Below, piece after piece: positions 48,823 through 58,437 of a stretch of DNA of 64,000 bases. Made by a program: the position numbers and the translations under genes. Numbering within the stretch: position 1 is the stretch's first letter; each line of letters starts with the position of its first letter. This DNA is from a virus (Duplodnaviria > Caudoviricetes), in IMG/VR virus record IMGVR_UViG_2974508059_000001, positions 32,001 to 96,000 of that record, one strand, 5' to 3'. Below the pieces are notes generated by a model. That model worked only from the letters and a program-made list of their open reading frames with translations, was not told the origin of the DNA and did not search any database.

Positions 48823-49263
48823 ATGAACGAACTGCAGAAAGAGTTAATGAATGTGAATCCACTGTCAGCAACCTTTGGTGAGGCTGCGGGTGGTGTACGT
48901 ACCGCTATGATTCCTGATGAGAAACTTGCCGAGATGCTTGTCGATACAGACGGCAGCACCGACCGCGCAGAGAAGTTTGTGGAAGAACTGGTTCAGGACG
49001 GTCAGATGTTAACCCGCGAAGCCGCTGACAAAATGGCTGAAGGTTATCGCGAAGCTGCTCGCAATACTATACCGGGTCAGACACTGATGGTGGACAGCAT
49101 GGGTAGCCTGATTAGCCATGAGCAGGCAGCACAGATTGTCCAGGATGGTCGCTTCATTCCACCTGCCAAGACACTCAAGCAGAAACGCGCTGAGAAGGCC
49201 GCTAAGAAGCGCCAAGCGAAATACATGCGTAGCCAATACCGTCGCGAGATGGGCATGCTGTGA
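48823..49263 (+). CDS. Hypothetical protein with basic C-terminal helix
   Basis: AAGGAG SD before ATG 48823. Confidence 0.75.
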   Translation: MNELQKELMNVNPLSATFGEAAGGVRTAMIPDEKLAEMLVDTDGSTDRAEKFVEELVQDGQMLTREAADKMAEGYREAARNTIPGQTLMVDSMGSLISHEQAAQIVQDGRFIPPAKTLKQKRAEKAAKKRQAKYMRSQYRREMGML

Positions 49264-49311
49264 ACGCCCCAGCCCTGTTTAAATGAACAGATACGACGTA
49301 AGGAGTAATGT

Positions 49312-49446
49312 GTGGACCCGGTAACGAAGTTCTTTTTGATTGTTTTCTGCGTGCTTTGTGCATTGGCAGGCTGTGTGTGGATCTGGCAGGAACATGGCTG
49401 GATGAAACGTATGGACAAACTCGTCCACGGGGATAAGAAGAGATGA
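49312..49446 (+). CDS. Small membrane or lipoprotein-like peptide (44 aa; not in the ORF track)
   Basis: TAAGGAG SD, GTG start; MDPVTKFFLIVFCVLCALAGCVWIWQEHGWMKRMDKLVHGDKKR. Confidence 0.65.
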   Translation: MDPVTKFFLIVFCVLCALAGCVWIWQEHGWMKRMDKLVHGDKKR

Positions 49447-49607
49447 TAACACTCTTCTGTTGGTTCTACGGTCTTCTCACTGCCGCCACGCTTGTGGCCT
49501 GCTGTGTTGCGTTCATCAATGAACTCGAAGCAGAAATCCATAAGATGACCGACTTCGAGATCCGAATGGCGCGTCTGGGTTTTGTGCGTATTAAGGATAA
49601 GAAATGA
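49443..49607 (+). CDS. Small membrane peptide (54 aa; not in the ORF track)
   Basis: ATGA overlaps at both ends; MITLFCWFYGLLTAATLVACCVAFINELEAEIHK... Confidence 0.65.
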   Translation: MITLFCWFYGLLTAATLVACCVAFINELEAEIHKMTDFEIRMARLGFVRIKDKK

Positions 49608-49861
49608 AACGTCCACAATGGCGCGGCAAACGCCACGCGTATCTGAAGTTCCAACGTAAACAAGGTCTGCGTACCACTAAGAAGTATCTAACGTCGCCTT
49701 ACATTGTTCGGGGTAAGCATCGCGGCTCGATATCCGTTGACCCATCGGTGGTTCACGTGGTCGAGACAAGTAATACGCTCCACTTCGAAAGCGAAGTGGA
49801 TTTGCCGATCACAGTTAAGAGAATAGGACACCTGAATGAAAAAGGCTCAGTGGCGTGGTAA
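49604..49861 (+). CDS. Small basic protein, QWRGKRHAY family copy 1
   Basis: TAAGGA SD; ATGA overlap. Confidence 0.7.
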   Translation: MKRPQWRGKRHAYLKFQRKQGLRTTKKYLTSPYIVRGKHRGSISVDPSVVHVVETSNTLHFESEVDLPITVKRIGHLNEKGSVAW

Positions 49862-50039
49862 GCGACATGCTTACGAACAGTTCCAGTTAAAGCAAATCCA
49901 ACGGGTCTGGGTAGATTTCGTCGGGGGTGATTTTCACGAGGATACACCCGCCGAACAAATCTTGAGCAACGTGGGTATTCGGCTGGTTAAATCTGCTGAC
50001 GTGAAACTGTGTTCTGATCAGCACATCGGCAACAAATAA
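49836..50039 (+). CDS. Small protein, QWRGKRHAY family copy 2
   Basis: AGGA SD; shared N-terminus with copy 1. Confidence 0.7.
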   Translation: MKKAQWRGKRHAYEQFQLKQIQRVWVDFVGGDFHEDTPAEQILSNVGIRLVKSADVKLCSDQHIGNK

Positions 50040-50093
50040 AATAAAGTAACCCACCCCGAGGGGTGGGTACTTGCCACTGCTTTCTTTTTTTTT
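50040..50093. terminator. Bidirectional terminator
   Basis: ACCCACCC-cgag-GGGTGGGT between convergent genes, A-rich left flank and T-rich right flank. Confidence 0.75.
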
Positions 50094-50095
50094 GT

Positions 50096-52849
50096 TTACG
50101 CAGGCGGTTGAGTTGGGTCGTCTGCGTTCACTGTCGGTGCAGCGCCCGGTTCGCCCTCGGCATTGTCGTCTTCATCATTCTCATCATTGGCATTTTCATC
50201 CGTTGACTCGTCTGATTCATCACCCATGTCGAAGTCGTCTTCATCGCCGCCTTCAGAGAACATGTCATCATCCCCTCCAGCGTCACCACCGCCGGTGTCG
50301 TCATCACCAAATGACGAGGTACCGAAACCACCACCCGCCGCATCCGGGTCACCAGACTGTTTTGCAACGGTGTCCAGTTTACCTTTCACACGGGATGCCA
50401 ACTGCATCAGCATCTTGGTAGCAGACTGCTCTTCATCCGAGATAGTCTTGATAACGTCTTGACGTTTATCGTCGTCGTACACCAAGTCAAACATCTCGTT
50501 CTCAATGCCCTGTTGACGCAACCACTGGCGGGCGTAGAACGTCTTAACCATGTTCTTCACATCGTTAGCGTCCATCGCAATACCGGCGTTGTTCAGCGCA
50601 TTCACACGGTCTTCGGTCACCACCAAGTCAGCCAGTTTATCCCAGAACTCCATACGCTTATCAAACAGATCCATCTGCGATGCTGCAGCAGAGGTATCCG
50701 GTGGCGGCAGACGGGTCTGCATGCCGTTGATAAAGGCGCGCATGTATTCACTGATACGGGTCACCAGCTCAGTTCCGGTCTTACGTTCTGAATCGCTCAG
50801 GTAGTTCGCAATGATTTCAATCATCTTCGCTTGCAGGCGAGGTGAAGACTGAATGCCGTTGGTCACGTATCGGTTCAGTGGCTTTTCCAGAATCTCTTGC
50901 TTCTTCACAATCTGCTGGGTCACAATCAGTGACTTCGAGTAAATCTGTGAAGCGAACTCAAGGTTCTCTGGTGTCAACACGAGGTCTGGGTCAACACCGG
51001 CCAAGTGACAGGTACGACGCAGCAACTCTTGGTCAAACTCCATGTCCGGTTCTTTATAGTCCGGCGTGGTGTCGGAAACCGAGATTTTGTGTGACGAGTA
51101 GTGGTCGTTACCCTCAACGTTAAAGGCAATACCGGAGTTGGTTGCCATTGACCAGACATCCGACATATTCCCCCACATCGGCATACGGCGGTTGGTACCG
51201 TTCAGGATGTCTGACTTGATACGGTCAACGGCTTCTTTACCGTTCATCGCATCCGGTGACAGCGTGATGTCGTATTGCAGGTGACGGGCTGAGTTCAGAA
51301 CCGCCGCGTTCATCCCCGCGAACAACAACGCCATACGGATGGTCGAGATAACGAACGAGCGCTCAGTAATAGAAATACCGATACCGTTGTCATCAAAGTC
51401 GGTAGCGAAGTAACACAAGTTCTCAGCCGGGATATACACCACTTGGGTATAACGTTTCGCCAAGTGACGGGTTAACACCACACGACCAAACATTTCCGTG
51501 ATACCGATATCGAGCTCTACGCCACCTAGAGCCGGTGACAGCGCTTCAGCCAACTGACCCTCAGCTAACTCGCCAAAACGTGCTGTGAGGCGATTAGAGA
51601 TGTCTGGCGTCACTAACTGACCGTTACCCATGCCGAGGTTGGCACGGTTAATGATAGAATCGGTGGCACCGTCATTGTTGAGGTAGTTCATGAAGCTTGC
51701 ATCGCCATACATCGACGACTTCTCGTTCACAAAGTTACCGAGCTCATCGATGATGGTCAGGTAGCCGATTGGGTTCGCCGTGTCCCCTGCAATGATGACC
51801 GGCAACGTCGAGGCCGCTGGCAACTCACGCTCGATAAACTCAAGGTGGTTGTTGTCAGCCATGCTGATACGCGGAACCTCTGCGTACATCTGCTGCTCAG
51901 GGGTTTTATTGTACGTCTCATTTAAGTCACCGAGATTGAGCCAATTCTTCTTTTGCTCATTCGCATCCTTAAACTGATCCGCATCAAAGCGACCATTAAG
52001 ACCCCCGTTGACCTGTTCATATGCGGTCTGTTCTAACTGACCGTACAAGCTGCTACGGCTGTCTTCACGGGCTGCACGCTGGATAGTTTCGTGTGCCACC
52101 AAGATACGATCGTTGTCGGTAATCCCGATTTCGATGCTGGTACGCCCGCCCTTGATATCGGCTTCTTTCATGCCGAGCTCAGTGAACAACGGCTTCAGGT
52201 CAATGGTGATTTTCTGTGGGCCGTCTGGCACTTTGTTACGACGACTGAGGATACTCTCCAAACCGACTTTCTGCTCGCCTTCCGGTTTCAGACTGCCTAA
52301 GTGACCCTGTTGCTTTTCAAAGACTTCTTTGTACGTCTTGGTCGCTTTGGTGGACTCGGTACCTACACGGGCATCGGTGCCCTTGAGGTTGAACAACTCA
52401 TCAAAGCCGGCATCTGAAATAAACAGTACCGGGGTAGCCCCTTGGTCACGGTTGGCGTTGTAAAGCCACTTGTAGAGCTTCTTCGGTAACTGACGCTCAC
52501 GGTCGTTAAAGTCACGCACCACTTCAATCAAGTCCGCACGCAAGTCCAACGGGATGTCTGCGTCGTTGTCGTAAATGATGGTGGTGTTAATCAAGTCTTT
52601 TGTGGACAGGACAGACGAGGTTGCGATTGTAACAATCGTTTCCAACTCCGGTAACGCCTGAAAGATTTGTTTTGAGTTACGAACACTACGGAGACGTGAA
52701 GACGCGAATCCCATGAGTTCTGCACGGGTAGGTGTTGTACCACCCTCTTCACGCTTGCCACGCTGCTGGCCTTGGCTAGGGCTCGTTGTTTTACGCAGTA
52801 GCGCTTCAACGGCCGGGTCGCGTTCTACCAACTTCTTATTCTCGCTCAT
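50096..52849 (-). CDS. Portal protein (phiKZ gp129/SPN3US gp81-like)
   Basis: GGAG SD before ATG 52849; about 917 aa; IFQALPELE, YIPAENLCYFATDFDDNGIGIS, GVDPDLV, acidic C-tail; divergent-pair synteny. Confidence 0.75.
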   Translation of the reverse strand: MSENKKLVERDPAVEALLRKTTSPSQGQQRGKREEGGTTPTRAELMGFASSRLRSVRNSKQIFQALPELETIVTIATSSVLSTKDLINTTIIYDNDADIPLDLRADLIEVVRDFNDRERQLPKKLYKWLYNANRDQGATPVLFISDAGFDELFNLKGTDARVGTESTKATKTYKEVFEKQQGHLGSLKPEGEQKVGLESILSRRNKVPDGPQKITIDLKPLFTELGMKEADIKGGRTSIEIGITDNDRILVAHETIQRAAREDSRSSLYGQLEQTAYEQVNGGLNGRFDADQFKDANEQKKNWLNLGDLNETYNKTPEQQMYAEVPRISMADNNHLEFIERELPAASTLPVIIAGDTANPIGYLTIIDELGNFVNEKSSMYGDASFMNYLNNDGATDSIINRANLGMGNGQLVTPDISNRLTARFGELAEGQLAEALSPALGGVELDIGITEMFGRVVLTRHLAKRYTQVVYIPAENLCYFATDFDDNGIGISITERSFVISTIRMALLFAGMNAAVLNSARHLQYDITLSPDAMNGKEAVDRIKSDILNGTNRRMPMWGNMSDVWSMATNSGIAFNVEGNDHYSSHKISVSDTTPDYKEPDMEFDQELLRRTCHLAGVDPDLVLTPENLEFASQIYSKSLIVTQQIVKKQEILEKPLNRYVTNGIQSSPRLQAKMIEIIANYLSDSERKTGTELVTRISEYMRAFINGMQTRLPPPDTSAAASQMDLFDKRMEFWDKLADLVVTEDRVNALNNAGIAMDANDVKNMVKTFYARQWLRQQGIENEMFDLVYDDDKRQDVIKTISDEEQSATKMLMQLASRVKGKLDTVAKQSGDPDAAGGGFGTSSFGDDDTGGGDAGGDDDMFSEGGDEDDFDMGDESDESTDENANDENDEDDNAEGEPGAAPTVNADDPTQPPA

Positions 52850-52861
52850 CGGGGTCTCCGG

Positions 52862-55042
52862 ATGCAAAGGTTCAATATATTTCGTGACCAGAATATCGCA
52901 CTGGCGAAGTCGTTGATTTTCAAATCCGACATCATCGCCCAGCAGATGAATCTGGCTATTACAGAGAATGGCGGCACGGTCTTAAGCGACCGTTTCACAT
53001 GGCGTTATTACCAACACCTTGCAGGTATTCGTCATGAAACAGACAAGCCGTTGTTAATAAGGTCACTGGATACGAAAAAGGACATCGAGTTAACGCCGGC
53101 TAACATGGCGTTACATAAGAAAACCTCGAATGCTTATCGGGGTGACCCTGACACGTATATCGATGGTTTGATTGGCACCTACCCGGATTACGCTGTGTAT
53201 ATTCGTGGGGTGTTTAATCCCGTTCCTCTTTCTGTGTCGGTGCCCGCACGCGAATGCACTATCCTTTATTACAACAAGTCATTGGTGGAGCCGCAAGAAA
53301 CCTCGCTTATCACCCGAATGGAAGAATGGATTTATGCCGTTCACGTTCGCTGGATGGCCGAAGGGTGGCGGGTACACAATGATGCTTTTGTGCTGGCCTT
53401 TTACCTGAAACTGTTCCCACGCTTAGGGGCGGAGTTAATGGACCGCCGGTTGGAGAAAATCCACACCGTTGAAACCCATTCATTCCACGTCACCGAGTTC
53501 TTGGCCTCGCATCAGGAGCTGCACGAGTTTGTGCCCTACCTGACGAACAAGATGAAGTTTACGTTGTATCGCAACATCCGCTTCTGGGAACGCAACTCCG
53601 GGAAAAGCACCATCTTTGATTGGATGGTCGACACCCTGTTCACTGGCTGGTCAATGCCTGCGGTGTCCTACACCGTGAGTCAGAAGATTCACGACCCTAC
53701 CACAGGTAGTGACGATGATGTAAACCCACTTCCGATCGCCTATTCGAAGTCACTGAACTACGAAGAGCGTGACTCCGGTCGTGACTTGAATCTGTTGTCC
53801 ACGAACGATGTGATTCAGAAAGAGTACGGGCTGGCGTATGACAACGCCGAGTACCAGCAGGAGTACCAAGACGACCTCGACAGTCGTTTAGGCCTCACGC
53901 TGTATGCTGCGCAACCGACCAAGCTCGTGGAAGTGACCTCGATTGACCCGGAAGCTATCGAGCGCTGGGAGTTCACGCACCTGCTGTTCAACGAGTGGCT
54001 GCACTACACCGCGCGGGGCACGTACAACATCATGCACGAGGTGTTGAACCCGACTACCGGGGACACCATCAAAATCTCCACTAAAGAACTGCTGGCCTTG
54101 TATCTGTACGCCGGCTTCAAAGGCTTTAGTGGGGTGGCGCTGGAGAAGATTCCTGACTTCAATGCCATGGGGGTGCTGATTAAGCGCTGGGTGTCGGTCG
54201 AGGAAATGCACAACTACCTTATCCCAAGCTGGCCCGGTCGTTACGATCGCATGGTTTCTTACTTCGCAGACACACACTACGAGCAACTCACGCCAATTGA
54301 GAATGCCGAAGAGATGTATTCTGTGGCACAGACCATCATGCAGAACAAACGCCGTCGTTGGGTCTTTGCCGGTAACCGCAAAGTCTTAACGGAGAACGCT
54401 GCCGGTAAGCTGTTGTTCCAATACTTCTACCGCGACTACAAGTGTCCCCTGAATCTGAGTTACAAGTCTTACGACGAGTTCTTCAAGATTTACAATATCG
54501 ACTATACGTTGATATCGCAGGAGACATGGCAGGATATCGCGAAGGACGCCTTCAACCTCGGTACCGCGTTTGAATCCAGTGCGAGTATTTCGCAGGCTGA
54601 AATCCAACGGGCCATGGTGAAACTGATATCGAAGCTTGCCTCCTATACCGTGCACTTTGCGGCGAGGATGTCAAGTGATACCTTCGACGTCACCGACCCT
54701 ATCACCCCACTGATTGATGACATGTTACTGGCCGGTTCCGGCACGATTGATGTTGACCACACCCCGGCAACCGTTGTCAGTGTGAAGTCGAAGTCCCGTG
54801 CACACTGCGACACCGTGCTGGATGTGACCCCGTCAATCAAGACGTCTGTGCCAACGCGTATTCGTGCCACGATGAACGTGTTCATGGGCATTCAGGTCTC
54901 TACGAAGTCCAGCATCCGTGTCAACATCGAACAGCCACCGCTGGAGGTGACCGATGCTGAGTGGGAAAGCGGCGAGAAGACACTGACCCGTCGTGTCCGC
55001 CATCGTGACCTGCCCGGATTCACCACCGACAACTTAGAGTGA
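52862..55042 (+). CDS. Virion structural protein, probable baseplate component (phiKZ gp128-like)
   Basis: TWRYYQHLAG, HSFHVTEFLASH, LYRNIRFWERNSGK; divergent from the portal gene. Confidence 0.7.
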   Translation: MQRFNIFRDQNIALAKSLIFKSDIIAQQMNLAITENGGTVLSDRFTWRYYQHLAGIRHETDKPLLIRSLDTKKDIELTPANMALHKKTSNAYRGDPDTYIDGLIGTYPDYAVYIRGVFNPVPLSVSVPARECTILYYNKSLVEPQETSLITRMEEWIYAVHVRWMAEGWRVHNDAFVLAFYLKLFPRLGAELMDRRLEKIHTVETHSFHVTEFLASHQELHEFVPYLTNKMKFTLYRNIRFWERNSGKSTIFDWMVDTLFTGWSMPAVSYTVSQKIHDPTTGSDDDVNPLPIAYSKSLNYEERDSGRDLNLLSTNDVIQKEYGLAYDNAEYQQEYQDDLDSRLGLTLYAAQPTKLVEVTSIDPEAIERWEFTHLLFNEWLHYTARGTYNIMHEVLNPTTGDTIKISTKELLALYLYAGFKGFSGVALEKIPDFNAMGVLIKRWVSVEEMHNYLIPSWPGRYDRMVSYFADTHYEQLTPIENAEEMYSVAQTIMQNKRRRWVFAGNRKVLTENAAGKLLFQYFYRDYKCPLNLSYKSYDEFFKIYNIDYTLISQETWQDIAKDAFNLGTAFESSASISQAEIQRAMVKLISKLASYTVHFAARMSSDTFDVTDPITPLIDDMLLAGSGTIDVDHTPATVVSVKSKSRAHCDTVLDVTPSIKTSVPTRIRATMNVFMGIQVSTKSSIRVNIEQPPLEVTDAEWESGEKTLTRRVRHRDLPGFTTDNLE

Positions 55043-55049
55043 GAGGCTT

Positions 55050-55577
55050 ATGACGTACCGTGTGGATTTATCTAAAACCGCACCTGAGATTCTAATTAAC
55101 CGCATCAATTACGTGTTCGGCACATCTTATACTCCCGACCAACTCACCTTTGATTCGCGTGGTGCAGTGCCGCTGAGTATAGAAGAAGCCCGCCGTGAAG
55201 GTGTGGAATCGAAAGCAGCGGCGTACTATCGCAACGGGTACTCAGGTTCGCAGAACTTTGTCTTTACCCGCGGTGATTTGAACAAACTGTTGCGGGGTGT
55301 TGTGGTGCCGGTGCCTTTGGGTGCGGTAAAGTCCAGCGAAGAGTTGGCCCCCTACATCTTTGATGAGTTAGGTGTGAACCTCAACCCGCATCAAATCTTG
55401 ATTGAACCTATCCCTGAGGATGCAACCGACTTTACGGTGCGTCTGATACCACGTCATCTGTCGTTGAAGGGTACCATTGCTATTGAGTTCGTCGACCCTA
55501 CGCCGCGCAAGCTCAAAGTGCTTGTGTCCAAAACCGAACTTGATGGTTTTAGCTTTCCAGGAGAATTAAATGGCTAA
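55050..55577 (+). CDS. Virion structural protein of a jumbo-phage paralogue family (one domain)
   Basis: LINRIN..F.R.DL pattern and C-terminal LVSKTELDGF motif shared with 59869..60954. Confidence 0.7.
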   Translation: MTYRVDLSKTAPEILINRINYVFGTSYTPDQLTFDSRGAVPLSIEEARREGVESKAAAYYRNGYSGSQNFVFTRGDLNKLLRGVVVPVPLGAVKSSEELAPYIFDELGVNLNPHQILIEPIPEDATDFTVRLIPRHLSLKGTIAIEFVDPTPRKLKVLVSKTELDGFSFPGELNG

Positions 55578-56457
55578 CAGTAAAGTCTATGACGGCAAGA
55601 TTAACACGGTGACGCTGAGCGCCATGCGCTTGACGTCTGCACTGCTTTGTGGTGCACCGGTTAAGTACCCGCAGAAGTCCACGTTGAATGAACACCTCAA
55701 CCTGATGACGGCGAAAATACCTGACCCAACAGCCCGTCCGACCATCAAGTACATGTGTATCGGTATCAAAGGCCACACGGCTGAACTGGCAGATGACGAC
55801 ATCTACGACTTCGTCCCGCTTGGGAAGAAAGCCTCGTACTCGGGCATGTACAAAGCCATGCCGTTTGTGCTGCGCCGCATGGACAACGACCTTTCGGATG
55901 CCCAGCGTGCCAACTACGCTTTCCGTACCAAGCTCACCCTCGGTGGCGTAGACTACTGGGCGTACTACCTGAAACGTATCGACATGCGTTCGGTGGAAAC
56001 CACCGACTACGATATCCGTCGTGAGAACGGTGAAGAGCGCGTTGACCTGTTTAACTACACCGACAACGAGCTGTACCCAACGCCGGGGACCCTGCCGGAG
56101 TTCAACTACGACGATGACACCACCGTTGAGTTGCCGGATGGCCGTTACGCGAAATCCAACGTGGAACTGCGTATCGGCTGGAACGACTTCGATGTGCAGG
56201 AATACATGAACGTCTGTGCTATCATGCGCGGCAGTTCACAGTCTTCTATCGTGTCCGAAATCGCGGTGTGCTCAGGCCTTGACGCTGTTGAGTCAGGTGA
56301 GTCTGCTACCGGGTCGAAGTTCAGTTATGACGAAGCGATTGGTGTGCAGGTGATGTACTACATCGACCTCTATGCCAACCTTGCCGTAACCAACGACAAC
56401 CTTGAGCTGACCATCAACATCGGCCAGACCGTGCCATTCTGGTTAGGCCCGAACTGA
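55570..56457 (+). CDS. Virion structural protein, probable baseplate wedge subunit
   Basis: STLNEH, YMCIGIKGH, MPFVLRRMDNDLS, YWAYYLKRID, IVSEIAVCSGLD motifs typical of a phiKZ-like core structural gene. Confidence 0.7.
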   Translation: MANSKVYDGKINTVTLSAMRLTSALLCGAPVKYPQKSTLNEHLNLMTAKIPDPTARPTIKYMCIGIKGHTAELADDDIYDFVPLGKKASYSGMYKAMPFVLRRMDNDLSDAQRANYAFRTKLTLGGVDYWAYYLKRIDMRSVETTDYDIRRENGEERVDLFNYTDNELYPTPGTLPEFNYDDDTTVELPDGRYAKSNVELRIGWNDFDVQEYMNVCAIMRGSSQSSIVSEIAVCSGLDAVESGESATGSKFSYDEAIGVQVMYYIDLYANLAVTNDNLELTINIGQTVPFWLGPN

Positions 56458-57110
56458 TGCTGATACCCGAACCGCGGTTTCCCGATAACTCGGTTCGAAT
56501 CTGTGCTGTTGACCCCGGTACCTCGTATCTGGGTCTGGCGGTGTTGGACTGGGTGTACGGTGAGCCACAGGCAGAAGTGGTCTGGGCAGGTACCTTGCAC
56601 GCAGTTGACCCGACGCATCAAAACAGCCATTCTGAGGTGTGCGGTAAACGTGACGCCCGAATGGCAAAGTTGCAACAGGGTTACGCAGAGTTCCTGCGTA
56701 TCTCACGGCCAACCTTCTGTTGTACTGAAACACCGTTCATGCAGCGACTGAAACTCTCGGCTTACGAGTCGGGGGTTGAGCTTCAACAGATGCTGCGGAC
56801 AACGTTGTTTGAGATCTTCCCGGAAAAGTGGCTCCATGGGTTCAATCCCATTATTGTGAAGTCCTACGTAGGTGTTGAAGCGAAGGGTACGGATAAAACG
56901 CACATGTTTAATGCCGTGACCAAGCTTTACGCTAACCACACGTTAATCGACCTGACGGCTCTTGATGAGCACTCAATCGATGCCGTCGCGGTTGGCAACA
57001 TCTTTGTCCGCACTTCACTCTTATCACTAAACAGTCTGCTCCCGCCTCGTGAGAAGAAGCCTAAAGCGCCGAAGGGCTCACGGCGGAGAAGTAGACGCCG
57101 GAGGAAGTGA
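56457..57110 (+). CDS. ruvC: RuvC-like Holliday junction resolvase
   Basis: ICAVDPGTSYLGLAV, ETPF, VKSYVG...DK, EHSIDAVAVG. Confidence 0.88.
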   Translation: MLIPEPRFPDNSVRICAVDPGTSYLGLAVLDWVYGEPQAEVVWAGTLHAVDPTHQNSHSEVCGKRDARMAKLQQGYAEFLRISRPTFCCTETPFMQRLKLSAYESGVELQQMLRTTLFEIFPEKWLHGFNPIIVKSYVGVEAKGTDKTHMFNAVTKLYANHTLIDLTALDEHSIDAVAVGNIFVRTSLLSLNSLLPPREKKPKAPKGSRRRSRRRRK

Positions 57111-57112
57111 CC

Positions 57113-57655
57113 ATGACCCAATCCTTGCAAACCGCAGCGCCTGCATTACTGGATACCCTGATTCAAGCCGGTGACCGTGTGTTATCACCGGATGAAGCCT
57201 CGCGTGTTCAGGATGCTGCACTGGCCATTGGTGCCGCTGCTGTTAACACCGCGCTTCCTGCGAACTCTATCCTTGCTTCACTGCGTCCGCTGTTAGTGGA
57301 CAAAGTCGGGGTGATGGCAGAAGCGTTTGAAAAGCTGGCGGTGGACTCCTTAGAGGGGATGGATACAAAGTACAGCAAGGAAACCGTGATGACCTTATAC
57401 CCAACGCTCCTGTCGGGTCAGAAACTGTTGATTTGGTTTCTGGCGTTGGCACTGGTGGCCTTCACAGGCGTTGCGCTTTGGGATGTACTACAGCAGCCAC
57501 AGGTTGACCGAACGGATGTGCTTCTGACGGTGCTCGTACCACTCGGCGGGTTGATTGCTTTTGCAGCGGTGCCAATTAAAACATTGGCGTACAGCTCACT
57601 GGCGATTACGGCTAAAGTGGTGGAACACAAGATGAACAAAGCGTCCACCAAGTAA
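57113..57655 (+). CDS. Membrane protein with two C-terminal TM helices
   Basis: GGAGG SD; LLIWFLALALVAFTGVALW and VLLTVLVPLGGLIAFAAV. Confidence 0.75.
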   Translation: MTQSLQTAAPALLDTLIQAGDRVLSPDEASRVQDAALAIGAAAVNTALPANSILASLRPLLVDKVGVMAEAFEKLAVDSLEGMDTKYSKETVMTLYPTLLSGQKLLIWFLALALVAFTGVALWDVLQQPQVDRTDVLLTVLVPLGGLIAFAAVPIKTLAYSSLAITAKVVEHKMNKASTK

Positions 57656-57659
57656 GACC

Positions 57660-57690
57660 GTCGAGTCCTTCGGGACTCGACTTCTTTTAT
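57660..57690 (+). terminator. Rho-independent terminator (UUCG)
   Basis: GTCGAGTCC-ttcg-GGACTCGAC plus T-rich tail. Confidence 0.9.
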
Positions 57691-57744
57691 TTCTTTTTAC
57701 ATTTTGACGTCTTTATGTGTATTTTCACCTCAAGGGCAGCTCCC

Positions 57745-58437
57745 ATGGATTTAAAATTTGACAGACGTGCGATACTGATACCGGTGGCCGGACTCGCCGC
57801 AGGCATCGCAAACGGCGACACGTACCGCTACCGTGAAGACCAACGCAAGGCCATGGTCGAGTGCCTGCTGCGTGACGTATTAGAAGAGAGCGGGGGTCGG
57901 GAAGATGCGCACACTCTTTCGACGCCCCGTGGTAAACTGGGTCGGCATTACTTTGAACTCAGCCGCTACTACGAAGAAGACAACCCGTCTTCCGAGGTCT
58001 GCAACGCCTACAACCGCTCGGTGATTAAAGCCCGCATCAAAGCACTGCTCGCCAAACACAGTCTCTATGAGGCGTGTGTTGCCGAAGACCAGTCTGTTGT
58101 GAATAGCATCAGTGCTGGCTACACCGTGACATGGTTCGGGAAAAAGGGGAAACACCTGCCGTTGCAACACAAACACATTGTGGTGACGTGGGTGAGACCA
58201 AGGCTGGATTACCAGTCTATGGATGTGACGACTTTTATTGAACGTGTTATTACAGCGCTCGGAAAGAAATATCCACGCGAGCAGGTAAAGCAGACAGTAC
58301 ATGCGATACCGCTTGGCGTCTTACTCAGTTCTTATCCACACGGTGCGATGGCGGAAGACCTTCGCGAACATCCGTACCAAACGTGGGATGGACTATTACA
58401 GTTCGTGACTTCACGACTGAAAGGGGGTTTAAAATGA
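57745..58437 (+). CDS. Hypothetical protein
   Basis: AAGG upstream of ATG 57745; ATGA overlap with the GNAT gene. Confidence 0.7.
   Translation: MDLKFDRRAILIPVAGLAAGIANGDTYRYREDQRKAMVECLLRDVLEESGGREDAHTLSTPRGKLGRHYFELSRYYEEDNPSSEVCNAYNRSVIKARIKALLAKHSLYEACVAEDQSVVNSISAGYTVTWFGKKGKHLPLQHKHIVVTWVRPRLDYQSMDVTTFIERVITALGKKYPREQVKQTVHAIPLGVLLSSYPHGAMAEDLREHPYQTWDGLLQFVTSRLKGGLK

Noticed and set aside
57113-57655. Holin assignment for the two-TM protein
   Set aside because: No adjacent endolysin or spanin and no diagnostic motif; left as a membrane protein.
6780-57720. TATG late-promoter cores before several genes (near 6791, 28049, 32746, 57714)
   Set aside because: Consistent with the phiKZ late consensus, but a 4-mer is too short to call from sequence alone.
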